Source: Macrostomum hystrix (Eukaryota; Animalia; Platyhelminthes). Taken from it: a DNA stretch of 64,000 bases. Shown in pieces: positions 26,846 to 39,982 of this stretch (position 1 is the first letter of the stretch; each line of letters opens with the position of its first letter). The notes under the pieces are model-generated. The model was not told the origin of the DNA and ran no database searches. It saw nothing but the letters and a program-made list of their open reading frames with translations. Location of the stretch: assembly GCA_950097015.1 (NCBI GenBank), contig CATNEN010000012.1, positions 248,001-312,000 of the forward strand, written 5' to 3'. The translations under genes and the position numbers were made by a program.

Positions 26846-29082
26846 TATGCATTGTACTCTCTAGCTAGGCCTAACTCACCATTCATATTCATGATTTAGT
26901 AAGTGGTCTCTCTCTTGTGCATGGCAGGATATCACTGCACTGAAAATCAAAAGTATATACAAATATGTTCAAATTAGTCATGGAACTAAAAAATCTGCTG
27001 ATCTTCCATCCACACACTGGCATGTGTATAGGCATGATAGCAGGGTGTTTAATTTATTCTCATGTTACTTAAGGCCAAGTTGACCAACTTGTCTGCTCAT
27101 AAATTTTATTTGCCTACAGATATGTTAACTTATCTGTTGGTAGAAAAAAAGACAGGAACCAAGAGCAGAAGTAGTTTTACAGGAATTTATATTTTTCTAA
27201 TTTTTTATGTTTATTACTTTGATTGTAAAAGCAAGTAACATACAGTTTAACATGTGGTCTATATACCATACTAAATATACTACTGGCCCATATAGTTCAT
27301 ATAGTATTGAAAATTAATTAGTAATGCACTTAAAAATATATAAATATATAGATATTTGTAACTTTGTTTCCCCTCACCTCCTTATCTGCTAATTTGTTTT
27401 CTTTCAACCTCAAACTTTGACTTTGTTTTTCTCATCTGCAACTTAGTTATGTTTATTTGTTCTATTTGCACATTAAAACATGTTGCTTTGGTCCAATTTT
27501 TACAACTGTGTCTTTTCAGTTTTTTTATCTTTTTTCTTCCTTTCTTATTTCTTTTGTTTCTCTCTGTTTTCCTCTCTTCTCTTTGTTTGTTTCTTTCTTT
27601 GCTTTCTTTCTATTTTTGACCCTTGGTCCCCCTTTGATTTTTGTTTTGCCTTAGGTCAGTCAATTTTTTCAACTTTCTTTGCATGACCATCATTTCACCT
27701 GGCTGATTTGGCTAGGCTAGTCAGGTGTTAGATATGTATATCAGAAGTTAAATTTGAACATTGTACATATATTGGTTTATATTGTTTAAAATGTCACATC
27801 TTGCCATTCAGAGTTTAGTTGTTGGTTTCAAATATAAGTGCATTTCAATAAAATTTAATATGTGGCAAAAGTCGCATTTGTCAACTTATTTGAATTTTAA
27901 ACTGTTCTATGCAGTTGTAGAACTGTATAGTATCTGAATATACTATATGAAACCACCAAGCAAGTACATTAATAAAATGGCTAAGAGTTAGAGACAGAAA
28001 CAATTAAGATTCATGCTTAAGTAAACCCCCACAATAAACAAATCAAACATGGGGTTATAGCTACAAACTGGTAAAGGACAAGTGAATGACCAAACAATGT
28101 AATGAAGAGTGTCTATGATAGTGGAAGCTGCCTTGCAGACAGCTTTCTTATGCATATTGACCAGCACCTACAAACTCTAGGAGGAACAGGCCAAGAACAA
28201 GGCCTGGACAGGAATCCAAGAACAGAATGTGCTTCAAATGAAACAATATGTAAACAATGATAATAGTGACTATTATGTCTGGATTATGTAAAAAATGTAA
28301 GTTTGCTCTATTTACAAAAAATTTCACACCATGTGCCATTCACAGTCAATACCTTGATGGGCAGTATATTCCAGAAAATTTTCTTAGGATCAACTAACAG
28401 CCAGCCAAGGAGAAGACATACAGCCATGTATAGCTTTTTATTGTCAGACTCCACAGTAGCCAAGTACTCCTTTCATAGCCAGAAGTTTCTCATGAAATGC
28501 TACTTACTGTAAACCATAGAATACTGTTAAAAGGCAATAGCTGCAGCTGTGCTGTTGGCTGCACATCTGCCCAATTGGCTCAGGTGTAATCAATTGTTAT
28601 TTTTATTGAATATTTTTGAAGCTCTGACACATATGTATAAATAATCTAGCGTTATCTGAAAAGGCTTTGGAAAAACATTTCACAAAGGAAACAAATTTTA
28701 ATCCCTAATTTGGAGGTCAAGTAAGTTTATGTTGCCCTAAACCTCTCTGGAATTTAATCATATATCTCTTGTCTCTAAAATATAAATTAGGCATCTAGAG
28801 GAAATCTGGTGAACAGTATATTTCAATTTTTTATGTGGCCGTGTTTTACCTTTAAGGCATCATATTAAACCATTGGAGCTTTAGTTGTGCTTTATTTAAA
28901 ACATAGATCAATTCAATGAAAATATAGGTTATATATTAACACCAAAGCACTTTATGTGACATATTCAAATTTAATACTCTTATGTTTGCAAACATAATTG
29001 CAGCGATTAGCAATTCTCAGCTTATTTCTAAGCTTATTAATTAGAACTAAAAGATAAGATTTCTAAAAGGTAACTAACAACT

Positions 29083-32000
29083 ATGCCAACCAATGGTGAA
29101 GTTCAAAGCAATGTGGTGCGCATGCGCGGCCTACCTTACGAGGTGACGACAGCTAGCATTCTAGAATTCTTTGAAGGCTGCGCTATTAAAGACGGCGAGC
29201 AGGGCGTCCACCTAACTCGGGACAGTCTGGGCCGGCCGTCTGGCGAGGCCTACGTAGAATTTGACACAGTTGAAGACGCCAAATCCGCCATGCAGTTCGA
29301 TCGCAAGCACATTGGCAAACGCTACGTAGAATTGTTTGCTTCGAATGAAAACGAAATGAAATTTGTTCTGCCTAGGTCCGGCCTGGAGGCGCCGCTTCGC
29401 GAACCCGTGCTGCGCATGCGCGGCCTGCCCTATTCGGCCGACTTTGCCGCTATCCGAGAATTCTTCCAGGGCTACACAATCGTTAAGGACGGCATCCTGA
29501 TGGTGTACAACGATAGCGGCAAGCCGTCTGGGGAGGCGTACGTACAGTTCGTCTCGCCCGATGTTGCCATGCGGGCCATGTCCAAGAATAAGCAGAATAT
29601 GGGGCATCGCTATGTTGAACTTTTCCCTAGCTCTATGGGCGAAGCCTACGCCGAGGCTAATAGGCAGCAGAGCATGCAGCAGATGTACTCGGGTGGTGAG
29701 TTAACTAATGGCTCGAATGCCAAATTGACAATTGTTTATTTTTCTAAAAAGAAACCTTTTCACTTTGAAAAGGTAAGTATCACTTTTATTTATCTGGCAC
29801 TCTGTATTACAACAAAAAACAGCAAATAGCATTATACAACATTCTCAAATTTCCATCGAATGTACAAAGATTATTACTGATAACTTAGGTTGGATAAGCG
29901 CATCGGTTGGTTGGTCGCTGAATGAATCAGTTAATCAATTGCGTCATCTAACACGATTTTGTTGGTTAGCCAGTCTTCTACTGGCTCTCTGATTGGTTAG
30001 TTGGCTTGACGTATCGGTCATTGGCTAGCTATTTGGTTGATTGGCAGGCTTTGCTGGCTCAAGTAGAGCGTTAGGCTGGTTGGCTGATTGGCTGGCTTAT
30101 CGGAGGGTCAAGTGATTTGCTTATTGGATTTTTTAGCATAACGATCAGATGGTCGGCTTGCCGATCGGTGTGTTAGTCGGCTGGCTAACTGTTTGGGTAG
30201 TTTGGTTTACCCAATTTTGAAAGACTCAACGGTTGGTTGGTTCGACTCACCGGTTTGGGTGGTTTGACTCACCGGTTTGGTTGGTTTGAATCACCGGTTT
30301 GGGTGGTTTGACTCACCGGTTTGGTTGGTTTTTCGAATCACCGGTTTGGTTGGTTTGAATTACCGGTTTGGTTGGTTTGAATCACTGGTTTGGTAGGTTG
30401 ATTGGGTTGACTCATCGGTTTTGGTAGGTTGATTGGGTTGACTCATCGGTTGGTTGGTTGATTGGGTTGACTCACCGGTTTTGGTAGGTTGATTGGGTTG
30501 ACTCATCGGTTGGTTGGTTGATTGGTTTGACTCACCGGTTAGTTGATTGGTTGGTTTGGTTTGACCCACCTGTTGGTCGGTTGGTTTGATTTGACTCACC
30601 GGTTGGTTGATTGGTTGGCTTGACTCACGTTGGTTGGCTGTTTTGGTTTACTAGTTGGTTGGTTGGCTCGGCTCATTGTTTGGTTGGCTCGGCTCATTGG
30701 TTGGTTGGTTGGCTCGACATATTGGTTGGTTGGCTCGGCTCATTGGTTGGTTGACTCGGCTCATTGGTTGGTTGGCTCGGCTCATTGGTTGGTTGGTTGG
30801 CTCGGCTTATTGGTCGGTTGGTTGATTTAGTTCACCGGTTGGTTGGTTGGCTTGATCCATTGGTTGGTTGGCTTGACCCATTGGTTGGTTGGTTGGCTCG
30901 GCCCATTGGATGGTTGGTTGGCTCGGCTTATTGGTTGGTTGGTTTGCCTCATCGATTGGTTGGCTAATTAATAAATGTGTTTACTTGGTTTGGTCGCGTG
31001 GCTAACCAGCGCAGCCAAACTGATCGAATTGAGTGCTTCAACAGGTTCAAGATCTTCAATCTACCGAGCGCACCTAAAGCCAGTCCAGATCCGAGTCTTG
31101 CGCTGTCTGCTACCGTTTGCAACAAAGCCGGTATGCTTGTTCGTCGGTTGAGTCCTTCCGTCTTCCATGGCATTACGAATTGCATCAGAGAAGAAGACTC
31201 GAACAAATAAAAAAGTGTTTTTCAATTGAAATTCAAGGCCAGATTAGAAAAGTTTTTTGTCGACAAAAACCTATAGAACCTAGGTCGACAGCCGTATATA
31301 GCTCGCGGGCATTAGAGTGAATCCAACAGAAGGCAATGCACCGCATTGAAACTTGAACACTCGATAGGCGAGGACAGGCGAGAGATGAAACACGGTAGAG
31401 ACGAGACACTGCAGATATGGGACAGGCGACAGATGAGACACGAGAGAGATGAAACACGGTAGAGACGAGACACTGCAGATATGGGACAGGCGACAGATGA
31501 GACACGAGAGAGATGAAACACGGTAGAGACAAGACACTGCAGATATGGGACAGGCGACAGATGAGACACGAGAGAGATGAAACACGGTAGAGACAAGACA
31601 CTGCAGATATGGGACAGGCGACAGATGAGACACGAGAGCGATGAAACACGGTAGAGACAAGACACTGCAGATATGGGACAGGTGACAGATGAGACACGAG
31701 AGCGATGAAACACGGTAGAGACGAGACACTGCAGATATGACACTCGCGACAGATAAGACACGAGAGAGATGAAACACGGTAGAGACGAGACACTGCAGAT
31801 ATGGGACAGGTGACAGATGAGACACGAGAGAGATGAAACACGGTAGAGACAAGACACTGCAGATATGGGACAGGCGACAGATGAGACACGAGAGAGATGA
31901 AACACGGTAGAGACGAGACACTGCAGATATGACACTCGCGACAGATGAGACACGAGAGAGATGAAACACGGTAGAGACGAGACACTGCAGATATGGGATG

Positions 32001-34064
32001 GGATGAGAATGGGATAGGGTAGAGTAGATGTTGAAAGAAGCTTGAGGCTGTATTTAGGAGCTTCTAACGCCCGCGAGCCAGATATTGCTGATTCCTGCTA
32101 TCTATAAAAAAGATAACGAAAAAAAGCTGAATAAAATACATTTATTTCCAAAATTGCTTCCCTCTCGACCGCTATCCCCATTCCAATAGCCTAAACTAGC
32201 ATTCAACAACGCACATACTTGCAGAATATCCGGGCATCGGTGGCTACGGTGATTATCAGCAGCCAATGGCTGGTGGTTATGCGGGGCCCCCTTATCACGG
32301 CGGACCAATGGGTGCAGGCCGGGTAGCTGCCGGCCCTATGCGGGGCGGCCTCAGGGGACCCGGTGGGCCCATGTCCATGCGGCCGGGTCTGGCCCGGCCC
32401 AGTCCCTATCAGGCTGGGCCGCCGGGCAGGCGGTTCGGGTCGTCGGGCAAGCCGGGTAGTGCTTGGGCATCGCGCACTGGCTTTTGGGTACACATGCGCG
32501 GCCTGCCATACTCGACAAGCGAACAGGAGATTGTCGACTTTTTCTCGCCGCTCAGTCTAGCCCACATTGAATTGCACTATAACGCGGCCGGTCTGCCTAG
32601 CGGCGAGGCCGATGTCGACTTTTACAATTTCGACGACGCCAAAGCGGCCATGGCCAAGGATAAGCAGCACATGGGATCGCGCTATATAGACCTGTTCCTG
32701 CACCAGGCGCCGGAAGAGGCCGCCATCGGATTCGGCAATGGCGGAGGCGGCGGTGGCGGCGGCGGAGGTGGCCCTTTCGGGGGCGCAGCTGCCGGTGCTG
32801 GTTTCGGCGGACCGATGGGCATGGCGCCGTTTAATGGCGCTCCTCCACCGCGAGGCGCCTTCCGCGGTGGCGCGGCCGGGCCTGGACGTGGTGGACCCGG
32901 CGGCGCCGGATTCAAGGTTAGATTGCTTCAAGTAACATTGTTTGAGGGATGAGTTAGTCAAATTGGTAAACGGCAGATTTTCAAGGATATTTCTACGAAA
33001 TTCGGGCTTTGAGACCATATTCTAAGAAACAAGTTGTAATTTTGGGAAATTTAGGGTGCAATTTGTACTTTTTATATTGCTTTGCCTCCAGTTTCTAAAA
33101 AACAGATTGCCATTTCTTGGAAATTTTGGGGCGTAATCTACTTTGCGGTTTCTTTTCTTCTAAATATCTCACAGAAAAACACATGGCGAGAATACACACT
33201 TTCCACTGAGTATATACTCAACCATATACTCAACCATATGGTTGGCTGTCAGTTCTAAATCTTCATAACATTTTATATTTTGGTTCCTAGTTGCACCTTC
33301 GCGGCCTACCGTGGTCTTCCGGTGAGCGGGAGATTGCCAACTTCTTCTATCCGCTGCAGCCGGCCCGAATCAATGTGCTGCCGGATGCCAGCGGTCGAAG
33401 CTCCGGCGAGGCGGACGTCTTTTTCCACACGGCCGAAGAGCAACAGCAGGCGCTAGCTCGCAATGGCGAATGCCTGGGTGAGCTGCTCGACTGCGATCAG
33501 AGCTGGGCTTGAGTAGGATTAGATAGATAATTAACTTAAGTAGGGGTAGATAATCATCGTGGGATAGGGTTAATAAGGAGTTTTAGTAGGTGTAGATAAT
33601 AAACTTGAGTAGGGATTGATGATGAGTTTTAATTAAAATAGATAATAAGCTTAATTAGGGGTCACTGTTGAGCTTGAGTAGGGGTAGACAGTGAGCTTGA
33701 GTAGGGGTAGATAGTGAGCTTGAGTAGGGGTAGACAGTGAGCTTGAGTAGGGGTAGACAGTGAGCTTGAGTAGGGGTAGACAGTGAGCTTGAGTAGGGGT
33801 AGATAGTGAGCTTGAGTAGGGGTAGATAGTGAGCTTGAGTATGGGAAAATAGTGAGCTTGAGTAGGGGTAGATAGTGAGCTTGCGTAGGACCAGGGGTAG
33901 ATAATGAGCTTGATTAAGGAGTAAAAGGTAGTATATTTTCATAGTTTTTTCGTTTTTTAATTGGCCTGTATATTGGCAGATATCTGAATGCTAGCTTAAT
34001 AATTGTACTCACTCTTCTCTGCATTGCAGGCTCTCGCTACATTGAGATATTCATCCGATACTGA
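29083..34064 (+). CDS. hnRNP F/H (glorund-like) qRRM RNA-binding protein; exons 29083-29695, 32225-32916, 33291-33477, 34030-34064
   Basis: Four qRRM starts (VVRMRGLPY, VLRMRGLPY, WVHMRGLPY, LHLRGLPW) each with SGEA and RY[VI][ED][LI]F; G/Y/P-rich linkers; compatible exon phases 1,0,1. Confidence 0.9.
30235..30960. repeat. GT-rich minisatellite (ggttggtt-based units)
   Basis: Tandem units visible, in hnRNP intron 1. Confidence 0.9.
31375..31995. repeat. 64-bp minisatellite related to the 318-690 array
   Basis: 64-bp period; shares the gagacac/gagagat core. Confidence 0.9.
33660..33905. repeat. 23-bp minisatellite (agtgagcttgagtaggggtagac)
   Basis: Tandem units visible. Confidence 0.9.
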
Positions 34065-35029
34065 TGAACAAGCTCGATAAGTTTTTAAAATAACACAATG
34101 AAAACTGGCTTTTTTGCTTTATGTTTCTTTGCTTCAGTGTTGTTTGTCTTGCTGAGTCGTAAGTCGCAATTTCGTCAATTCCTATTTATGTTTATCGTCC
34201 AACTCTTATTTACAATCCCCTAAATATTGTTCCCACAGTTTTTCTACTCAATGAAGTTGTTTGTATGTCCCGGTAATGTTCAAGTGTGTGTAATTTGCTA
34301 CACAGACTAATGATCACTTTATTTAATCCTTAGATTAGTCACTCACTGTTTGGATCCTAGGATCGAAAATATGTCTGAGTAACCTATGTAGTAATTGATT
34401 TCTACTATGTCTATTTGGTCACTGAGTATGGAACTGTTTTTTATTGTTCTGTATTGCCCTCCAGCTGTATATGTTAGTTTTGTCAATGAAGTTAAACCAG
34501 TTTATGTTAAACTTCACAGCTTTTTTTGCTAATTTCCACCTTAAAACGATGTTTGTTTCTTACTGTTCTTTGTCCAATTAACAAATATTGCTTCAGTGTT
34601 ACAAATGCGTCATTTTAAAAGTACATTTGCTAATTAAAAGTACAATTAATCTAATGCTTTCAGTTTCGAAAAGTAATATAGAAACTGAAGGCACAATACA
34701 AGAAGTGTTTGATCTACTAGCTAGTGTCATTTTAGCACAAAACCGATATTTCTCGTAGTTATTGACTTCCTGTGTTTTATTTTTGCTTTTAAGTGAAATA
34801 TGTAGCTAGTTAAAGTTAAAAAATACCTATTATATGTGTCTATGTTTGCGATATTTACATAAACTCTTTGGCCATGTTTGCAAACAAATCTTAAAAGAAA
34901 AAATTCCGTTTCCCTTTTATCAGACTTTGCTTGGCCAACAGTTATCCTAAATTATCCCCAAATCTGCATATTAATCCGCTCAGTTAGCGAATCAATCAAG
35001 CCTACTTGAAAAACTATACCCTAGAGCCA

Positions 35030-37040
35030 TGGCTAATTATCTCTCCAGTTAGCTAATTATCTCTCCAGTTGGCTAATTATCTCTCCAGTTGGCTAATTAT
35101 CTCTCCAGTTGGCTAATTATCTCTCCAGTTGGCCAATTATCTCTCCAGTTGGCTAATTATCTCTCCAGTTGGCTAATTAGCTCTCCAGTTGGCCAATTAT
35201 CTCTCCAGTTAGCTAATTATCTCTCCAGTTGGCTAATTATCTCTCCAGTTGGCTAATTATCTCTCCAGTTGGCTAATTATCTCTCCAGTTGGCTAATTAT
35301 CTCTCCAGTTGGCTAATTAGCTCTCCAGTTGGCTAATTATCTCTCCAGTTGGCTAATTATCTCTCCAGTTGGCTAATTAGCTCTCCAGTTGGCCAATTAT
35401 CTCTCCAGTTAAGCTAATTATCTCTCCAGTTGGCTAATTATCTCTCCAGTTGGCTAATTATCTCTCCAGTTGGCCAATTATCTCTCCAGTTAAGCTAATT
35501 ATCTCTCCAGTTGGCCAATTATCTCTCCAGTTGGCCAATTATCTCTCCAGTTAGCTAATTATCTCTCCAGTTGGCTAATTATCTCTCCAGTTGGCCAATT
35601 ATCTCTCCAGTTGGCTAATTATCTCTCCAGTTGGCCAATTATCTCTCCAGTTGGCTAATTATCTCTCCAGTTGGCCAATTATCTCTCCAGTTAGCTAATT
35701 ATCTCTCCAGTTGGCTAATTATCTCTCCAGTTGGCCAATTATCTCTCCAGTTGGCTAATTATCTCTCCAGTTGGCCAATTATCTCTCCAGTTGGCTAATT
35801 ATCTCTCCAGTTGGCTAATTATCTCTCCAGTTGGCCAATTATCTCTCCAGTTGGCTAATTATCTCTCCAGTTAGCCAATTATCTCTCCAGTTGGCTAATT
35901 ATCTCTCCAGTTGGCTAATTATCTCTCCAGTTGGCTAATTATCTCTCCAGTTGGCCAATTATCTCTCCAGTTGGCTAATTATCTCTCCAGTTGGCTAATT
36001 ATCTCTCCAGTTGGCCAATTATCTCTCCAGTTGGCTAATTATCTCTCCAGTTGGCTAATTATCTCTCCAGTTGGCCAATTATCTCTCCAGTTGGCTAATT
36101 ATCTCTCCAGTTGGCTAATTATCTCTCCAGTTGGCTAATTATCTCTCCAGTTGGCTAATTATCTCTCCAGTTGGCTAATTATCTCTCCAGTTAAGCTAAT
36201 TATCTCTCCAGTTGGCCAATTATCTCTCCAGTTGGCTAATTATCTCTCCAGTTGGCTAATTATCTCTCCAGTTGGCTAATTATCTCTCCAGTTGGCTAAT
36301 TATCTCTCCAGTTTGCCAATTATCTCTCCAGTTAAGCTAATTATCTCTCCAGTTGGCCAATTATCTCTCCAGTTGGCTAATTATCTCTCCAGTTGGCTAA
36401 TTATCTCTCCAGTTGGCTAATTATCTCTCCAGTTGGCTAATTATCTCTCCAGTTGGCTAATTATCTCTCCAGTTGGCCAATTATCTCTCCAGTTAAGCTA
36501 ATTATCTCTCCAGTTGGCTAATTATCTCTCCAGTTGGCTAATTATCTCTCTAGTTGGCTAATTATCTCTCCAGTTGGCCAATTATCTCTCCAGTTAGCTA
36601 ATTATCTCTCCAGTTGGCTAATTATCTCTCCAGTTGGCTAATTATCTCTCTAGTTGGCTAATTATCTCTCCAGTTGGCCAATTATCTCTCCAGTTAGCTA
36701 ATTATCTCTCCAGTTGGCTAATTATCTCTCCAGTTGGCCAATTATCTCTCCAGTTGGCTAATTATCTCTCCAGTTGGCTAATTATCTCTCCAGTTGGCCA
36801 ATTATCTCTCCAGTTGGCCAATTATCTCTCCAGTTAGCTAATTATCTCTCCAGTTGGCTAATTATCTCTCCAGTTGGCCAATTATCTCTCCAGTTGGCTA
36901 ATTATCTCTCCAGTTGGCCAATTATCTCTCCAGTTGGCTAATTATCTCTCCAGTTAGCTAATTATCTCTCCAGTTGGCCAATTATCTCTCAAGTTGGCCA
37001 ATTATCTCTTCAGTTGGCCAATTATCTCTTCAGTTGGCCA
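35030..37040. repeat. 20-bp minisatellite (ggctaattatctctccagtt), about 100 copies
   Basis: Highly homogeneous tandem units. Confidence 0.97.
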
Positions 37041-37267
37041 AATATCCCCCAGGTGACTAGTTATTCCCAGCCTAATGCCCCCCATTTGGCCCGTATTCAG
37101 CCAGTCGGCAAACAGTCCTCACAGTTTCTCAACGAACTGTAAGAATAAAGAAAAAAACAATATTTTTTGCAGGCCACCGTGTGAAAGCTGGGTTGGCCAC
37201 TAACTTCCTATTGGTTCGGCTGGGAATTTCGACAGCGCGGTAAAGAAAGAAGCCCTCCAGCTAGACA

Positions 37268-38674
37268 ATGAACCGCGCCGCCTACGAGACTCAAATTCGT
37301 CTGTCGGAGTCGGCAAGCCTGCGCGAACTGGACCTGCTACTCTGTCGGCACGTTGAAGCCTTCGACTTTGCCGCCGATGGCGGCGGCGTTGATCTGCCAG
37401 ATTTGAACGGCCTGCTGCATTGTCTGCGGGCGCGCTACTCTGTTGCCGGCATCTGCGACTTAACACCCGCCCAGCTTGGCATGACTGTGCGCCTCATCGC
37501 CCGGGTGGCAACCGTTGCCGTGCTGCAGCAGCAGCAGCGCTTCATCTTCGCCAGGGAGGCCGCCGGAGCATTGCTGGATACACTCATCGATTATTATTTT
37601 GGCGGCCGTCCGGCGAGCCCTGCTGGCGGTGGCGACGCACATCGACAGGCGATTTCGACGGCGCTGGACGCCGCCGCTGGCGACCTGCTCGGACTGCTGC
37701 GCTCCGCCGACTGCCTGGCTGATCGTGAGTGACGCTTTGTGTCTGCTGTCTGTCTGTCTGTCTGTTTTGCCGCCTGGTTTCAGTTTTTTATTCCTGATTG
37801 TCTGTTTCATTCTACTAAACTCTCTGCCCTACCACTTTTACAGCCGAGCCTCTGATTGGTCGAGCAACTCGCGAGCTCGCCAACCAATCAAGCCAAGCCA
37901 GCCCGACCAGGCGTCTGCAGTGCCTGGCTTTTCTCACCCGCTTAGCCGACGCCAGTCGTCAGCAGCAGCAGCCACAGTCGAGCCTGCTGCTCTCAGACGA
38001 TCGTCTGCACTCCTGCCTGTGCACCCTGGTGGACATTATGCGCTGGCCCGGGCGAGCCTGGCTCTCTGGCGAATTCAACAGCGGTGGCGGCAGCATCGGA
38101 GGTTCTGCCATTTTGTCAGCCTCGATTACATCGGGCGCGTCTGTTGGCTCGCCGCCGGTTGGTGGCGCCGTCACGGAGATCGACGGCCAGCCGGTGGGCC
38201 AACAGGGCGGGCAAATGTTTCTCACCTGCGCGCATCAGGTGAGCAATTACAAATGCTACTACTTGTCTTACTACTTCAAGTAAGCTTTCATGTTTTTTTT
38301 TTAAATTGCTGTTAAAAAACTTTCTCCAGTTCCCCAGTTGGAGTCCCGATCTGGAGCTCAGCCACGCCGCCTTCTCTGTGCTTCGCCGTTGGCTTCTCTG
38401 CCTACTGGAGCGCGCCAGTCCCGCCGCTTTAGCCCGCACCTGCCAAGCTGTGAAAGCCGATCTGCACAGCCTCTGCTGGCAGCTGCTGGACCAGTGCGAG
38501 CGCCGGCCTGCCGTCCAGACCGATGCCGACTTGCTCATGCCGGCCCTGCTCAGCGAGACTGCGGAACTGGCATGCCTGCTCTGCCGACTTGACTCCGGTC
38601 TACTGGCCAGATATTTCACCCGGATGGAAGCGATCTACGGCCAGCTGCTGGGACCGGCTCCTCCACCTGCTCAG
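37268..38674 (+). CDS. AP5Z1: AP-5 complex subunit zeta, exons 1-3 (37268-37724, 37844-38238, 38330-38674)
   Basis: VTEIDG and AFSVLRRWLL motifs match AP5Z1; GT-AG junctions in compatible phase; continues at 52307. Confidence 0.8.
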
Positions 38675-38704
38675 GTGCGACAGTAACCTGAGGCATTGAT
38701 TTTG

Positions 38705-39000
38705 ATAGGGAATGTGATAGGACCTACAGAGGCCATGGGAATGTGATAGGACCAACTGAGGCTGGGAATGTGATAGGACCTACAGAGGCCATGGGAATGT
38801 GATAGGACCAACTGAGGCTGGGAATGTGATAGGACCTACAGAGGCCATGGGAATGTGATAGGGCCAAATGAGGCCATGGGAATGTGATAGGGCCAACTGA
38901 GGCGATGGGAATGTGATAGGACCAAATGAGGCTATGGGAATGTGATAGGACCTACAGAGGCCATGGGAATGTGATAGGGCCAACTGAGGCCATGTGAATG
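38705..39000. repeat. 29-bp minisatellite (gggaatgtgataggaccaactgaggccat)
   Basis: Tandem units visible. Confidence 0.9.
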
Positions 39001-39982
39001 TTTGACCGCCTTATTCCGAGCCTCGCGATCCGGCTGGGCTCATCCGCTCTACGATACTGAAAAAAGTCTACCCCCTCCATACTAACTGTCGTTTTGACAA
39101 TAAATAAATTAGCAGTTTGGTAGATGAAGTTTATTTCGTGGCAGTGGTAGCAGCCCTCCAAAAAAACACGGGGATATTTTCCGGGATATTTTTCATTTCG
39201 TCCGGATATTATTGACTATCCAGTGTAAGTAAATTTATCCGGTAAATAATCCAGATATGTGACGCAAAGTTTACACATCCGGGAAAAATGTCCGGATATT
39301 CGTCAGGATTTCTCTCCGGATATGGAGTCCGTATTCCGTCTCTTGTCCGGGATAAATGCACGCCCGAATCCCTGAGAAGTGCCCGAATATCGAGCGTAAG
39401 TAATTACGACGCAAAAATAAAACAACACGACAAAATATGAAGAAGTACTTTTCAAATAGCACCGGAATTTAATCCCGTTCAGTTTGGCGAATTGCCAATT
39501 TGTTCAGAAAGCTTGCTGCCTAAAGGACTATTGCTTCTGTTTGTAATAAAAAAGGGAAGAAGATCGACAGACAAATCGGAGTCATCTTTTTATAAAAGCA
39601 ATGCGTTGGGCAATAAATTCAGCTTATGTGGGGGGCGCACTTGGAATTAGTAGAATTAGTTTTTGAGACAATAATTCCTCCATACTTGAGTCACAAAGAG
39701 CATCTCCTAACGCCTCAATCATCTAATCTCACAGAATCTCGTAAAACCCCAGCTCCATTCTTCCTCTACCCAATATCCACACTGTCATTGTCCTCCTCCT
39801 CAGTGTTGCCACCCACAAAAAGAGAAAAAAGTTGCTGCTGCAAAAATAAATCTCCAACTGGATAATAGTGAAACAGGGATAAAAATACACATGACAAAAG
39901 TCACACCTTCACAATTCTTCACTCATTATTTGATGTTAGTAATCATCCTCCTCCTCCTCCTCCTCCTCCAGTAGCTCGCTAA

